NCBI GenBank assembly: GCA_963724765.1
Contig: CAVRVY010000003.1
Span: 608,001-672,000, forward strand
Direction: 5' to 3'
From: an uncultured delta proteobacterium
GTDB taxonomy: Bacteria; Desulfobacterota; Binatia; Binatales; Binataceae
Length of the DNA: 64,000 nt
The notes under the pieces were generated by a model. The model saw nothing but the letters and a program-made list of their open reading frames with translations, had not been told where the DNA came from and did no database searches. Position numbers and translations under genes: made by a program. Position 1 is the first letter of the stretch. Every line of letters begins with the position of its first letter. Below, piece by piece: positions 51,158-60,160 of this stretch.

Positions 51158-51291
51158 CAATGCAGGACTTGCCCGTGATCCAGACAGAACTCTACCGCTG
51201 ACCGGCCGGGGCCACGCGGCGCCGATGCATTCTTTCAACGCCACCCGCCAGAGGCAAGCCACCTCGCAAGCCGCGAAGGCCGTCCCGGCGC

Positions 51292-52341
51292 TCAGACCTT
51301 GAACCTCACGTGGATGATATCGCCGTCGCGAATCACGTATTCCCTGCCCTCGAGCCGGAGCTTGCCCGCTTCGCGCACCTTGGCGTCCGAGCGCAGCGCG
51401 GCGAAATCTTCATAGCTCACGATCTCGGCGCGGATGAAGCCGCGGGCGATGTCGCTGTGGATACGGGCCGCCGCTTCGAGCGCGGAGGCGCCACGCGCGA
51501 GCGGCCAGGCGTGCGCCTCGGGCTCGCCCGCGGTGTAGAAAGTGATAAGGCCAAGCGCGCCATAGAGCGCAGTGACGAGACGATCGCGGGCCGGCGCGCT
51601 GAGCCCCGACGCGCTCAGCAGTTCGCGTTGGCCCTCGGCGTCGAGCTCCCACAATTCGGCCTCGAACGCCGCGGCGAGCCCGAACAATTCCATTCCATGC
51701 GCCGCGGCGGCCTCGACCGAGCTTCGGGCGGGCGCGGCGCCCGCGCGCTCGACGTCACAGTTGACCACCACTAGCGCGGGCTTGCGCGAGAGCAGCCCGA
51801 AGCTCGCAAACACGGTGAGCTCCTGCGCGGTCATTTCGAGCGAGCGCAACGGCTTGCCCTCCTCCAGCCACTCGACGCAGCGCTTTAGCGTGGCGCGCTC
51901 GAACTCGGAGGCCGGGTTGCGCTCCTTGGTCAGGCGCTCCAGGCGCCGCTCGCCCTGGTCGAGGTCGGCAAACACCAACTCGGCCTCGATCGCGGCGAGC
52001 GCGGCGGGCAACGTGGCCTGATTGCCGGGAAATTCTGGTATCACGATCAGCAGCGCGTCGAGGTCGCGGATGAGCGGGAGCAGGCTCGGGTCGAGCGCGG
52101 CGCCCTCTTTCTGCTCCTTGGGGTTGGGCGCGAAATCGAGCACGGTGAGCTCGACCTCGACCCGCTTTTTGGAGCCGTAGGTGCGCTCGAGAAAATCCAG
52201 CCGCTCGTCGGCGACCTTGATCTGGCCGGGGCGCGCGCGGTTACGTCCCTCGCTCTGCCCGGCGAGCGGGGCCAGCCCGGTGAGCGCGTGGAAAACGGTC
52301 GATTTGCCCACGCCGCGTGCGCCAATAATTCCAGTCTTCAA
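51292..52341 (-). CDS. ychF: YchF/Ola1 family ATPase (divergent)
   Basis: GVGKST, LITFYTAG, IHSDIARGFIRAE, LRLEGREYVIRDGD TGS domain. Confidence 0.85.
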   Translation of the reverse strand: MKTGIIGARGVGKSTVFHALTGLAPLAGQSEGRNRARPGQIKVADERLDFLERTYGSKKRVEVELTVLDFAPNPKEQKEGAALDPSLLPLIRDLDALLIVIPEFPGNQATLPAALAAIEAELVFADLDQGERRLERLTKERNPASEFERATLKRCVEWLEEGKPLRSLEMTAQELTVFASFGLLSRKPALVVVNCDVERAGAAPARSSVEAAAAHGMELFGLAAAFEAELWELDAEGQRELLSASGLSAPARDRLVTALYGALGLITFYTAGEPEAHAWPLARGASALEAAARIHSDIARGFIRAEIVSYEDFAALRSDAKVREAGKLRLEGREYVIRDGDIIHVRFKV

Positions 52342-52498
52342 AAAAGAGCACTCCTGATCCTCCAAAGACTTACATATACGCACGCGCGGCGAAAGCGAGT
52401 TTTACCCGCCATCCGGGCGGACAATCCGCGGCAGGGAGCGGTCGCGCCCGTTGACAAAACTCCGAAATGATTTTGGAAGACTGCGAAAGAACAACGAT

Positions 52499-52693
52499 TT
52501 CAGGGAAGTCGAGCGCCAGCACGGAGCAAGCCGGAAGAATTTCGCGAACCCACCACTACTTGAACGACCTGCGCGGTCGCGCGAATTCGGGCCGCCGCTT
52601 CGTCACGCGGTCTGGGCGCAAGCGGGGCACGTCCACCACCTGAGAATCGCGGCCGAGGCCGAGACAAAGTGCGACTCGACGAGTGAACCCTGG
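52499..52693 (+). ncRNA. Candidate structured RNA of about 190 nt upstream of tRNA-Thr
   Basis: Closing pairs CAGGG/CCCTG and GTCGAG/CTCGAC plus internal stems; TTGACA at 52451; family not identified. Confidence 0.3.
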
Positions 52694-52754
52694 GAAGTCT
52701 TTAACCAGGGCGGGCGGTGGGTTAGTCTCGTAGCCGTCTTTCCGGCTGCATGGC

Positions 52755-52830
52755 GCCACCCTAGCTCAGTTGGTAGAGCAGCTGATTCGTAATCAGCAGG
52801 TCGTCGGTTCGAATCCGACGGGTGGCTCCA
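52755..52830 (+). tRNA. tRNA-Thr (CGT)
   Basis: Cloverleaf: GCCACCC/GGGTGGC acceptor stem, GCTGA-TTCGTAA-TCAGC anticodon arm, TTCGAAT loop, encoded CCA. Confidence 0.98.
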
Positions 52831-53215
52831 AAAAATCCAGCAAACATAAGGCTTTGAAGATTCATTTTAGTGGCCATTCCGTCGATCTGTTGCGGATTGT
52901 CCGAAAAATGTCCGAGTTTGTCAAGTTCCATTCGAAGAGGTTGCGTCGCGCGCTTGCGTTTAACGCGTGCTCTATTGGATCGTTTGCATGGACGTGCGAT
53001 CGTTGCAGGTCGATAACGATATGGAGTTCCCGGGCGTCACCTGCGCGCTGGCTGTTGCGGCATTCGGGCGCCAGCATTCAGGCGCTAAATTTCTTGGCAA
53101 ACTGTCGCCCTTTTCATTCTATAACTCCGAGACTGTCATCAACGAATTACGTCATCCGATTAATGATCTTCCTACCGTGAGTAGAGCCTGTGTAACCCGC
53201 CCGAACTAATCGCGT

Positions 53216-53371
53216 TCAACGGAAATCCAGTGTGAGCGTTTCGTTGACTCTGACGGGCGCGAAATGGCCCTTGGCGCTCTCGTATTTGAGCCCGAATATG
53301 TGCGCGAAAAACTTTGCCGACGCCTCCTTGTCGTGCGCCGGTACGACCGTGTGGTTCAACGCAATGGTGAT
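53216..53371 (-). pseudogene. VOC-family remnant
   Basis: GGAGG RBS then ATC instead of ATG; ITIALNHTVVPAHDKEASAKFFAHIFGL...VNETLTLDFR*. Confidence 0.7.
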
Positions 53372-53919
53372 GACTCACCTCCATCGACGAGTTGAAAGTC
53401 ATTCCTCTGCTTCAGCAGGTGATCGTCACTAAGCCGCAAGTTCCCGTCGTGGGTGTGGCTACGGAACATAAGATCGGTTGATCTTCGTCAGACACAAGCT
53501 ATCCGTCTCCGATTTGGCGGCGGCATGATCTCCGCCGATCGCGGGGCGCGGGATAGACCCGCGTCGGACCCACCTTCATCTCGACGTCGGGCGGCATCTT
53601 CCAGAGTACCTGCCTTCGAACAGCGCGATCAAACCGCAGGACATGAGTTGGAGCGGAGCCGGGAATGCCTGGCGATCTAGGTGGACGCATCACTGACCGA
53701 CGCGTCGGTAACCAGAGTCTGGACGGCGATGCTTGCGTTTCGCCGCGTCGCCAACACCGAACGTTGCGTTCGCCAACAACAGGAATCGGCACCGAATTCC
53801 TCGCGCACAGAGAGAAAATCGAAGTGACGCGGCATAGTTCGACATGTGGAGGTCAACCCAGCCGTCTCGCGCGGATAGAACGGGCGGGCGATCTTGGCGC
53901 GCGGATACGTTGACAACGC

Positions 53920-54462
53920 CTATCCACGCTCGACACTGGCTAATGATGGACCATTGTAGTGATAGTCTTGGCGACACGCCTGCATCAGCGCGCGCATATC
54001 TTGCCGGAGTTCCTCGAGCGTCGGCCGCCCAACAAACCACCAACCCTCATAGATCGCGTGGATCGTCAGGTCAGGAGCCAGGGAAAAGGTATAGGGAAGG
54101 GCGACCAGGCCGTATCTGAAATCCGGTGGGGTCACTTCCACGATATCGAGTTGCCGGATGGCCCGACGCTCGTGGTCACTGAGAAACGTATACGTCGCAG
54201 CCAGTCCGGCGCGGAAGGCCGCGCTCACTTCTGGCGGGTCGGTGCTGACGACGGCCAGCTTACAGTAGTTGACCTGCAAGTCCTCTTGTAATTCGACGAA
54301 GCGCCGCAACTGCAGCGCGCATTTCGGTCACCAATAGCCACGGTAGAAGCTCAGGATCAGCGGAAAGCCACTCGCCAGTTCAGACAGCGTGATCAGTTGC
54401 TGCCGATGATCGGGTACCGTCAAGTCCGGGAATCGTTTGCCCACAGCGAGATCGGAATGCAT
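53920..54462 (-). CDS. AhpC/TSA-like redoxin, probable selenoprotein (UxxC)
   Basis: AAGGAG RBS; MHSDLAVGKRFPDLTVPD...LILSFYRGYW-TGA-PKC continues in frame into the 53920 ORF; TGA at 54328-54330; SECIS-like hairpin follows. Confidence 0.85.
54301..54327 (-). promoter_or_regulatory. Putative bacterial SECIS element
   Basis: UGA-CCGAAAUGC-GCGCUGC-AGUU-GCGGCGC: 7-bp stem, apical loop with G at position 2, 16 nt between UGA and loop. Confidence 0.7.
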
Positions 54463-54514
54463 AGGCATCTCCTTTCATGTCATAGCAACCGTCAATGGCG
54501 GCTGAGCGGTTTTC

Positions 54515-55510
54515 CTAATGTGACCGAAACAACGCCACCAGAAAATAGCGCCGAGCGTCAAACCAGGTACGACGCAGAACGAGATTGGCCCGGTATCCTA
54601 AGTCACGGACTTCGTTCGGAGAATACTTATACGAACTTTCCGTATGAATCGTTTCATCTTTGCGAAACGATATGGCTTGCTCGATCTTGGCGATGGGCAC
54701 GTGCTGAGGCAGCCGGCTGCGGAGGTGCATCTCAATACGGCCCCTCTCAGCGTTGTAGAGGGCCACGTGCTCAAAGGTTTGCGGGTCAAACCGCCCGCCA
54801 AGTTCATAATTAATACGGTGGAGTACATTCTTGTTGAACGCAGCCGTGACGCCTTGGGCGTCGTCATAGGCCGGGACGAGGATCGCGGGCGATTTTTTCA
54901 GGTCGATACCCAGCAGAAAGACGTCCTCAGGTCCCAGAATGGCCGCCATACGCCGGAGGAACTCGACACTTTCTTCAGGCGTGAAGTTCCCCAGACTGGA
55001 CCCGAAAAAGGCCACGGCTTTCTTCTCCAGTTGAAACGCCTGAATGACCTCCGATTCTCCCGCGAAATCGGTATGCATGGCACGAATCTCAATATGGGTA
55101 AATTCCTGCAGGAGTCGGTTGGCCGTGTCCAAGAGGATTTCTCGAGAAATGTCTACCGGACAATAGCGAAACGGTTGCTCCGCCCGTTCATACGCCGTGA
55201 GGAGGTAACGGGTCTTTCTGGCATACCCGGAGCCGAACTCCACCAGCGCCAGGTGACCAATCTCGGCATGTATCTCGGCGGCATAGGTGCTGAGAATCTC
55301 CAATTCTGCCCGGTAGAGATAGTACTCGGGTAAGGCGCAAATCTGCTCGTAGAGTTGAGAGCCGCGCTCGTCATAAAAATACTTCGGCGGCAGCCATTTT
55401 TGTGGGGCGGTTAGGCCAAACGCCACGTCCCGCGCAAAGGCGTGCCGGTGCACCGCTACATCCATGTCATGAAACTGAAATCGCTTGTTGGGAATGGCCT
55501 CGGTCTCCAT
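54515..55510 (-). CDS. egtD: Histidine N-alpha-methyltransferase EgtD-like
   Basis: LPPKYFYDERGSQL, LPEYY, VEFGSG, AYDDAQGVTAAFNKNVL, IHTESSYKY. Confidence 0.9.
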   Translation of the reverse strand: METEAIPNKRFQFHDMDVAVHRHAFARDVAFGLTAPQKWLPPKYFYDERGSQLYEQICALPEYYLYRAELEILSTYAAEIHAEIGHLALVEFGSGYARKTRYLLTAYERAEQPFRYCPVDISREILLDTANRLLQEFTHIEIRAMHTDFAGESEVIQAFQLEKKAVAFFGSSLGNFTPEESVEFLRRMAAILGPEDVFLLGIDLKKSPAILVPAYDDAQGVTAAFNKNVLHRINYELGGRFDPQTFEHVALYNAERGRIEMHLRSRLPQHVPIAKIEQAISFRKDETIHTESSYKYSPNEVRDLGYRANLVLRRTWFDARRYFLVALFRSH

Positions 55511-55601
55511 GGCTATCCCTTACCACGATCTCAAACCCATCGTCGTGGTTGACTCGCTTGGACAAATCGTAGGCGCGCTGGCCCACTTTGGGGCGTAGAG
55601 C

Positions 55602-56942
55602 TTACTCTCGGATCGTTCTGGCGAGCCGGATCCCCATGAACTGCCATCGGACATCGGCAGGGAAAAAGTTCCGATAAGTGGGCCGGATATGCGAAATCGA
55701 GGTCGCACACGACCCGCCGCGCAACACAAACTGGTTGGCCATAAATTTGCCGTTATACTCCCCCAACGCGCCTGGGGATGCGGTGTACCCGGGATAGGGG
55801 GAATAGTGACTTTGGGTCCACTCCCAAACGTCTCCAAAAATTTGGACCAGCGGGACAGCGCTGTCGATCTGACTGATGGGGACGGGATGGAAAGCTTGCT
55901 GCTCAACGAAATTACCCCTAATCAGCAGAGGCATCGCCGCAACTTCCCATTCGGCCTCGGTGGGCAAGCGCGCATCGGCCCAACGTGCGTAGGCGTCCGC
56001 TTCGTAATAACTGACATGACACACGGGTTCGGCTTCCCGCACGGATCGCATCCCGGCAAGGGTCATCATCCACCAGGTGCCATCGCGTTGTTCCCAATAC
56101 AGCGGAGCCTGCCACCCTTCGCGCCGGACCGTATCCCAACCCATGGACAGCCATAGCTCCGGCCGTTCATACCCCCCATCGGCCATGAAGGCCAAGTACT
56201 CCCCGTTGGTGACCAGCCGCGACGCCAACTCGAACCGCTCGACAAAGCTCCGATGTCGAGGGAACTCATTATCGAAGGCGAAACTCTGACCCTCGTGGCC
56301 AATCCAGTAGACGCCTTCGAGAAAGCTCACCCATCGGAGTGGGCCCACCGTCGGTACACTTGTGGGGATGTCGGCGGTTACATACGTAGGTCGCAGTGGG
56401 TTGCAGGCGAAGTTGTATTTCACGTCGGTCAAGAGAAGTTCTTGATGCTGTTGTTCATGGTGCAAGCCGAGCTCGACGACCGGAGACCAGCGCTCGAGCG
56501 TCTCGCCATGTAAACCTTCCAAAAAGGCGGTCATATGCTGGTCGACATGGGCTCGATAGCGATAGACCTCCTCAACGGCTGGACGTGAGAGTAGCCCCCG
56601 TTTGGGGCGGCAATGCCGCTCACCAGCCGCCACGTAATAGGAATTGAAGAGATACGCATAGGAGGGATGCGGCGATCTATAGCCCGGAGAAGCCAGGGCC
56701 AGAATAAAGGTTTCGAAAAACCAACTCGTGTGTGCCAGATGCCACTTAGGGGGGCTCACATCCGGCATGCCCTGAATGACGTAATCTTCCGTCATCAAAG
56801 GCTGGCAGAGTCGGTCGGTAAACTGTCGCACCTGATGGTAACGCCTGACAAGGGCCTCGTGGTGGGCAGTCTCAGCGAGACCATAGAGGACAGTTGCGCG
56901 ATGAATATTGTGATTGATGGGCACATTGCTCTCCTCTTCCAC
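55602..56942 (-). CDS. egtB: Ergothioneine sulfoxide synthase EgtB (type II-like)
   Basis: SPPKWHLAHT, LFNSYY, GLHHEQQHQELL Fe ligands, FGE domain, GALGEYNGKFM. Confidence 0.92.
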   Translation of the reverse strand: MEEESNVPINHNIHRATVLYGLAETAHHEALVRRYHQVRQFTDRLCQPLMTEDYVIQGMPDVSPPKWHLAHTSWFFETFILALASPGYRSPHPSYAYLFNSYYVAAGERHCRPKRGLLSRPAVEEVYRYRAHVDQHMTAFLEGLHGETLERWSPVVELGLHHEQQHQELLLTDVKYNFACNPLRPTYVTADIPTSVPTVGPLRWVSFLEGVYWIGHEGQSFAFDNEFPRHRSFVERFELASRLVTNGEYLAFMADGGYERPELWLSMGWDTVRREGWQAPLYWEQRDGTWWMMTLAGMRSVREAEPVCHVSYYEADAYARWADARLPTEAEWEVAAMPLLIRGNFVEQQAFHPVPISQIDSAVPLVQIFGDVWEWTQSHYSPYPGYTASPGALGEYNGKFMANQFVLRGGSCATSISHIRPTYRNFFPADVRWQFMGIRLARTIRE

Positions 56943-56976
56943 TTGTCTTCACCTCGACACCCAGATAGCCGCCTCC

Positions 56977-57633
56977 TCAGCCTCGCGATTCTCGCACGAG
57001 ATCCACCAACTCGCCAAAGCTTTCGATGACGTGGTCCGGTGCGCACTGCAACAGCGCTTCCCGCGTGCCAAAGCCGTAGGTGACGGCACAGGTCTTGGTG
57101 CCGGCTGCCTTCCCTGCCAGGACATCGGCAGGGGTATCGCCGACCATCAGCGCGTGTGGCGGCGCACAGTGCAACACGGCGAGGGCCGCAAGTATGGTGT
57201 CGGGGGCGGGCTTGAGGCGCAGACCAGGGCTACCACCTTGAATGTGCTGGAAGAAGGGAATCAGGGCCAGCCGCCGCAAGACGATCTCCGCTTGCCCTGA
57301 CTCTTTGGTGGTGACGACGCCGAGCGTAAAGGTGGACAAGGCCTGTAAGGTGAGGATAACCCCAGGGTAGGGTCGGGTCAGGCAGGCGTCCTGCCGGGTA
57401 TATGTGCGGCGGTATGCGGTCAGGAAGGCGCTGAGCAGCGGGGGTGACAACATACCCCCGAGCTCGCTGAGCATCTTGGCGAGTGGCTTGCCGATGTGCT
57501 GGGCAATCGCGGTGGCGCTGGGCGGAATCCCACCAACCACAGTCCGCCAGGCGTTCTGAAACGCCACAGCGATGTCGCGCCGGGAATCGACCAGCGTGCC
57601 ATCGAGGTCACACAAGATGGTGGTGATTGTCAT
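56977..57633 (-). CDS. HAD family phosphatase (phosphoglycolate phosphatase-like)
   Basis: DLDGTLVDS, VVTTK, KPAP, MVGDTPADV. Confidence 0.9.
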   Translation of the reverse strand: MTITTILCDLDGTLVDSRRDIAVAFQNAWRTVVGGIPPSATAIAQHIGKPLAKMLSELGGMLSPPLLSAFLTAYRRTYTRQDACLTRPYPGVILTLQALSTFTLGVVTTKESGQAEIVLRRLALIPFFQHIQGGSPGLRLKPAPDTILAALAVLHCAPPHALMVGDTPADVLAGKAAGTKTCAVTYGFGTREALLQCAPDHVIESFGELVDLVRESRG

Positions 57634-57956
57634 GATCTTTCCTCGCGCCCAAGCCTCCTCTTTCATGCCCCTATCAAGCCATTACCTCAGGCCATCGCAT
57701 CTCCCGCTGCAGGCTGCGGTAACACCCAAGGCACGACATACGTAGGTAGCTACAAACTCAGCAGAGTCGAGCAATACCAACAATGGCTGCGCACGTCGGT
57801 GGAACATATCTATTCGTTACCATCGCGGCTGATTGGCGAACGGGTTACCGTACGCGATCGGGCGTATAATCCGCTCGCTGGTGCGCAGCCGGCAAGAATA
57901 ATTGTCGCTGATCGGCAAAAAACAATTCATCGCTGTACATTCTAAAATCGGTGCCC

Positions 57957-59273
57957 ATGCGCAACGCCATATTCTATCTCACGTACAATGGGCTCTATAA
58001 CTTCACCAATGGCATCGGCACGCAAACCCAGCTCCTGATCAGCGGCCTCGAAGTACTGCGGGAGATGCTGGTCAGACGGTATGGCCCCATCGACGTGCAT
58101 GTGGTCTGCCCCTCGCCCGATGTGCATACCTGGGGCTATGATCACGCCTTCTTTCTGCGGCAGCAAGAACGTCTGGCGCCACTCGGTGGGCAGGTGCACC
58201 TCATTCCGTACAAGCGGGAACCCACCCAAGATCTCTGGGAAATCCCTTCCTGGAGGGCCCTCTGTCAGAACGTCGCACCGCTGTTGCATACCCAAGCGGC
58301 GGCCTATGAGCGGTCGTTGATCATTTGTGTGGACCAGCCTTGGTTGCAGACGCCTTATGCGCTTGGAATGGCCCAAAGCCTTCCGCGTCAGGTCGATACG
58401 CTCTTGGTGCTCTATAGCACCGCGTTTATCCGGGACTGGGAGACGCCTGATGCGGCAGAGGTTGCCTGGGAACAAGAAGGGCTTGAGGCGTCACAGCCCG
58501 GTTCGCGGGTAGCGCTTGCCGACATTTGCCCGTCGTTTACCTCGCACCTCAAGACGCACTTCCGGCTGTCGGCGGGAAAGTTCGCGCCTTACACTTCGAG
58601 CATCCTCGTGGACGACCCCGACTTTGTCTTGCAGGACGAGACGGTCGTGCGCACAACGCTGCAGGCCTATGGCATCCCCCTCGATGCGGACCTGGTGTTG
58701 GCATTTGGCAGGGCTGCACCCATCAAAGGATTTGAGCGGCTCATTCCCGCCCTTGCGCCGCTGCGTGACCGGGTGCATTTCGTTCTCATCTCGGTACCCT
58801 ACATCAATGACGACTCGCAACAACGGGTGTATGACCAACTGCTGCAACAACACGCCATACGGGCAACCCACATCAAGGTGTTTACGCGTGATTTACCCCG
58901 TTCCCTATGCCAATGGGCTCGGACGAAAATAGTGATGGTCCCGTCCAGACACGAGACCTTCTCCAATATCCCGCTCGAAGTCGCGTTGTGGGCGCGCGAA
59001 AAGGGGCCCGTCATTGTGGCCTCGACAGCCGGTGGGTTCGCTGATCAAATCCAGCCAGGTATCACGGGATTTCTTGTCGATATCTTGTCTTGTCAGCACG
59101 TCACCCAGACGCTGCACCAAGTGCTCGATCTCTCCCCACAGGCCCAGGCCATCATTCGGCATCGGGCGCATCAACGGATTGTCCAGACATATGACTTCAT
59201 ACACAATTTTCCGGCGACCCTCCGTTGGTTTTGGCAGAGGGGGCCTCGGAGACCGGGCCAGCACGTGCGCTGA
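57957..59273 (+). CDS. GT-B fold glycosyltransferase (GT4-like), unusual N-terminal domain
   Basis: NGIGTQ loop, AFGRAAPIKG, VPSRHETFSNIPLE, GITGFLV. Confidence 0.85.
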   Translation: MRNAIFYLTYNGLYNFTNGIGTQTQLLISGLEVLREMLVRRYGPIDVHVVCPSPDVHTWGYDHAFFLRQQERLAPLGGQVHLIPYKREPTQDLWEIPSWRALCQNVAPLLHTQAAAYERSLIICVDQPWLQTPYALGMAQSLPRQVDTLLVLYSTAFIRDWETPDAAEVAWEQEGLEASQPGSRVALADICPSFTSHLKTHFRLSAGKFAPYTSSILVDDPDFVLQDETVVRTTLQAYGIPLDADLVLAFGRAAPIKGFERLIPALAPLRDRVHFVLISVPYINDDSQQRVYDQLLQQHAIRATHIKVFTRDLPRSLCQWARTKIVMVPSRHETFSNIPLEVALWAREKGPVIVASTAGGFADQIQPGITGFLVDILSCQHVTQTLHQVLDLSPQAQAIIRHRAHQRIVQTYDFIHNFPATLRWFWQRGPRRPGQHVR

Positions 59274-59353
59274 AGCTGACAGGGAGCACGAGTCAATACG
59301 GTGGAGGATGTTGCGAGGGTTTCGCCATAAGCGTGCCGACTGCCGTGAGCTTC

Positions 59354-60160
59354 TCAGGGGAACTGAGCCGGCCGGCCGTCAGGCTCCAGGATGGCGTTCA
59401 GGCGCTGGCAGGAGGCGATGACTTCATCGGCATAACCGGGAAACCAGGCATGCATCCACATGGGACGCTCGAAAAACGCTTGGGGCGGCTGCTCCGGGTG
59501 TCGAATGCCAACGCGCATCACCAACCCGCTGGCGTTGATGAAACTCACATCGTCCAGCAAGCGGCCGGGCGCCATAAATCCGATCGCAATGGAGCATAAC
59601 CCCGCGATACCCACCAGCGATGCCGCGACACCTCGCAGGCAAAAGGCCTGAGTGTGGGCCCGTACCTCTGCAGGCAGCGCCAGTAAAACCGTGCGCATCG
59701 TCAAGCCGGAAAAGACCGTATCATCAACCACCGCCAGGGAGGATACCGTTTCAAGAGGCGGTAGCTGTTGCGCTAAGGGGATCCCGGTAGTCGTGACGAC
59801 GTTATAGCTACCGTGGCCATCTTCTTCACGGGTGATGTCCACGCGTGAGATCTTGGGGAACCAGCCTGTGTGCGCGTGTAGTTGTTGCGCGACACGTTCA
59901 CCGGCTCGACCGATGCCGATCGCCAGCGCAAAGGGGGCATACTTGTCGTCCGCCAGTAATGGCGCCATTTGAGACTCAAGAGTGAGCAGTACAACCCGCC
60001 TTGGGTCCCGGCACACAAGCGCGAAGAAGTCCCGCGTGAGATGCCAGGCCGGCGTTTCCTGCCCGTGGTGCCGAGAGACATAATCGCTGAGATCGTCGTG
60101 AATATATAATACCTTCGGGGTCGGCGCGGCGTAGGGCTCTGCACCCTTCATGGTCCTCAT
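59354..60160 (-). CDS. Phosphoribosyltransferase-fold protein (PyrR/UPRT-like motifs)
   Basis: GIGRAG loop, VDITREED, AVVDDTVFSGLT PRPP-binding motif; start uncertain (60151-60193). Confidence 0.7.
   Translation of the reverse strand: MRTMKGAEPYAAPTPKVLYIHDDLSDYVSRHHGQETPAWHLTRDFFALVCRDPRRVVLLTLESQMAPLLADDKYAPFALAIGIGRAGERVAQQLHAHTGWFPKISRVDITREEDGHGSYNVVTTTGIPLAQQLPPLETVSSLAVVDDTVFSGLTMRTVLLALPAEVRAHTQAFCLRGVAASLVGIAGLCSIAIGFMAPGRLLDDVSFINASGLVMRVGIRHPEQPPQAFFERPMWMHAWFPGYADEVIASCQRLNAILEPDGRPAQFP

Noticed and set aside
52770-53180. 136-aa ORF
   Set aside because: Starts inside the tRNA and has no recognisable domain.
54328-54330. Reading the redoxin TGA as a pseudogenising stop
   Set aside because: It falls exactly on the redox-active Cys position, both halves look intact, and a correctly spaced SECIS-like hairpin follows.
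54515-59273. Canonical selenoneine (senABC) cluster
   Set aside because: No selD/senC in the window; the EgtB keeps type II NSYY and GALGEYNGKFM motifs; the GT does not resemble SenB as I recall it. Kept only as an analogy.
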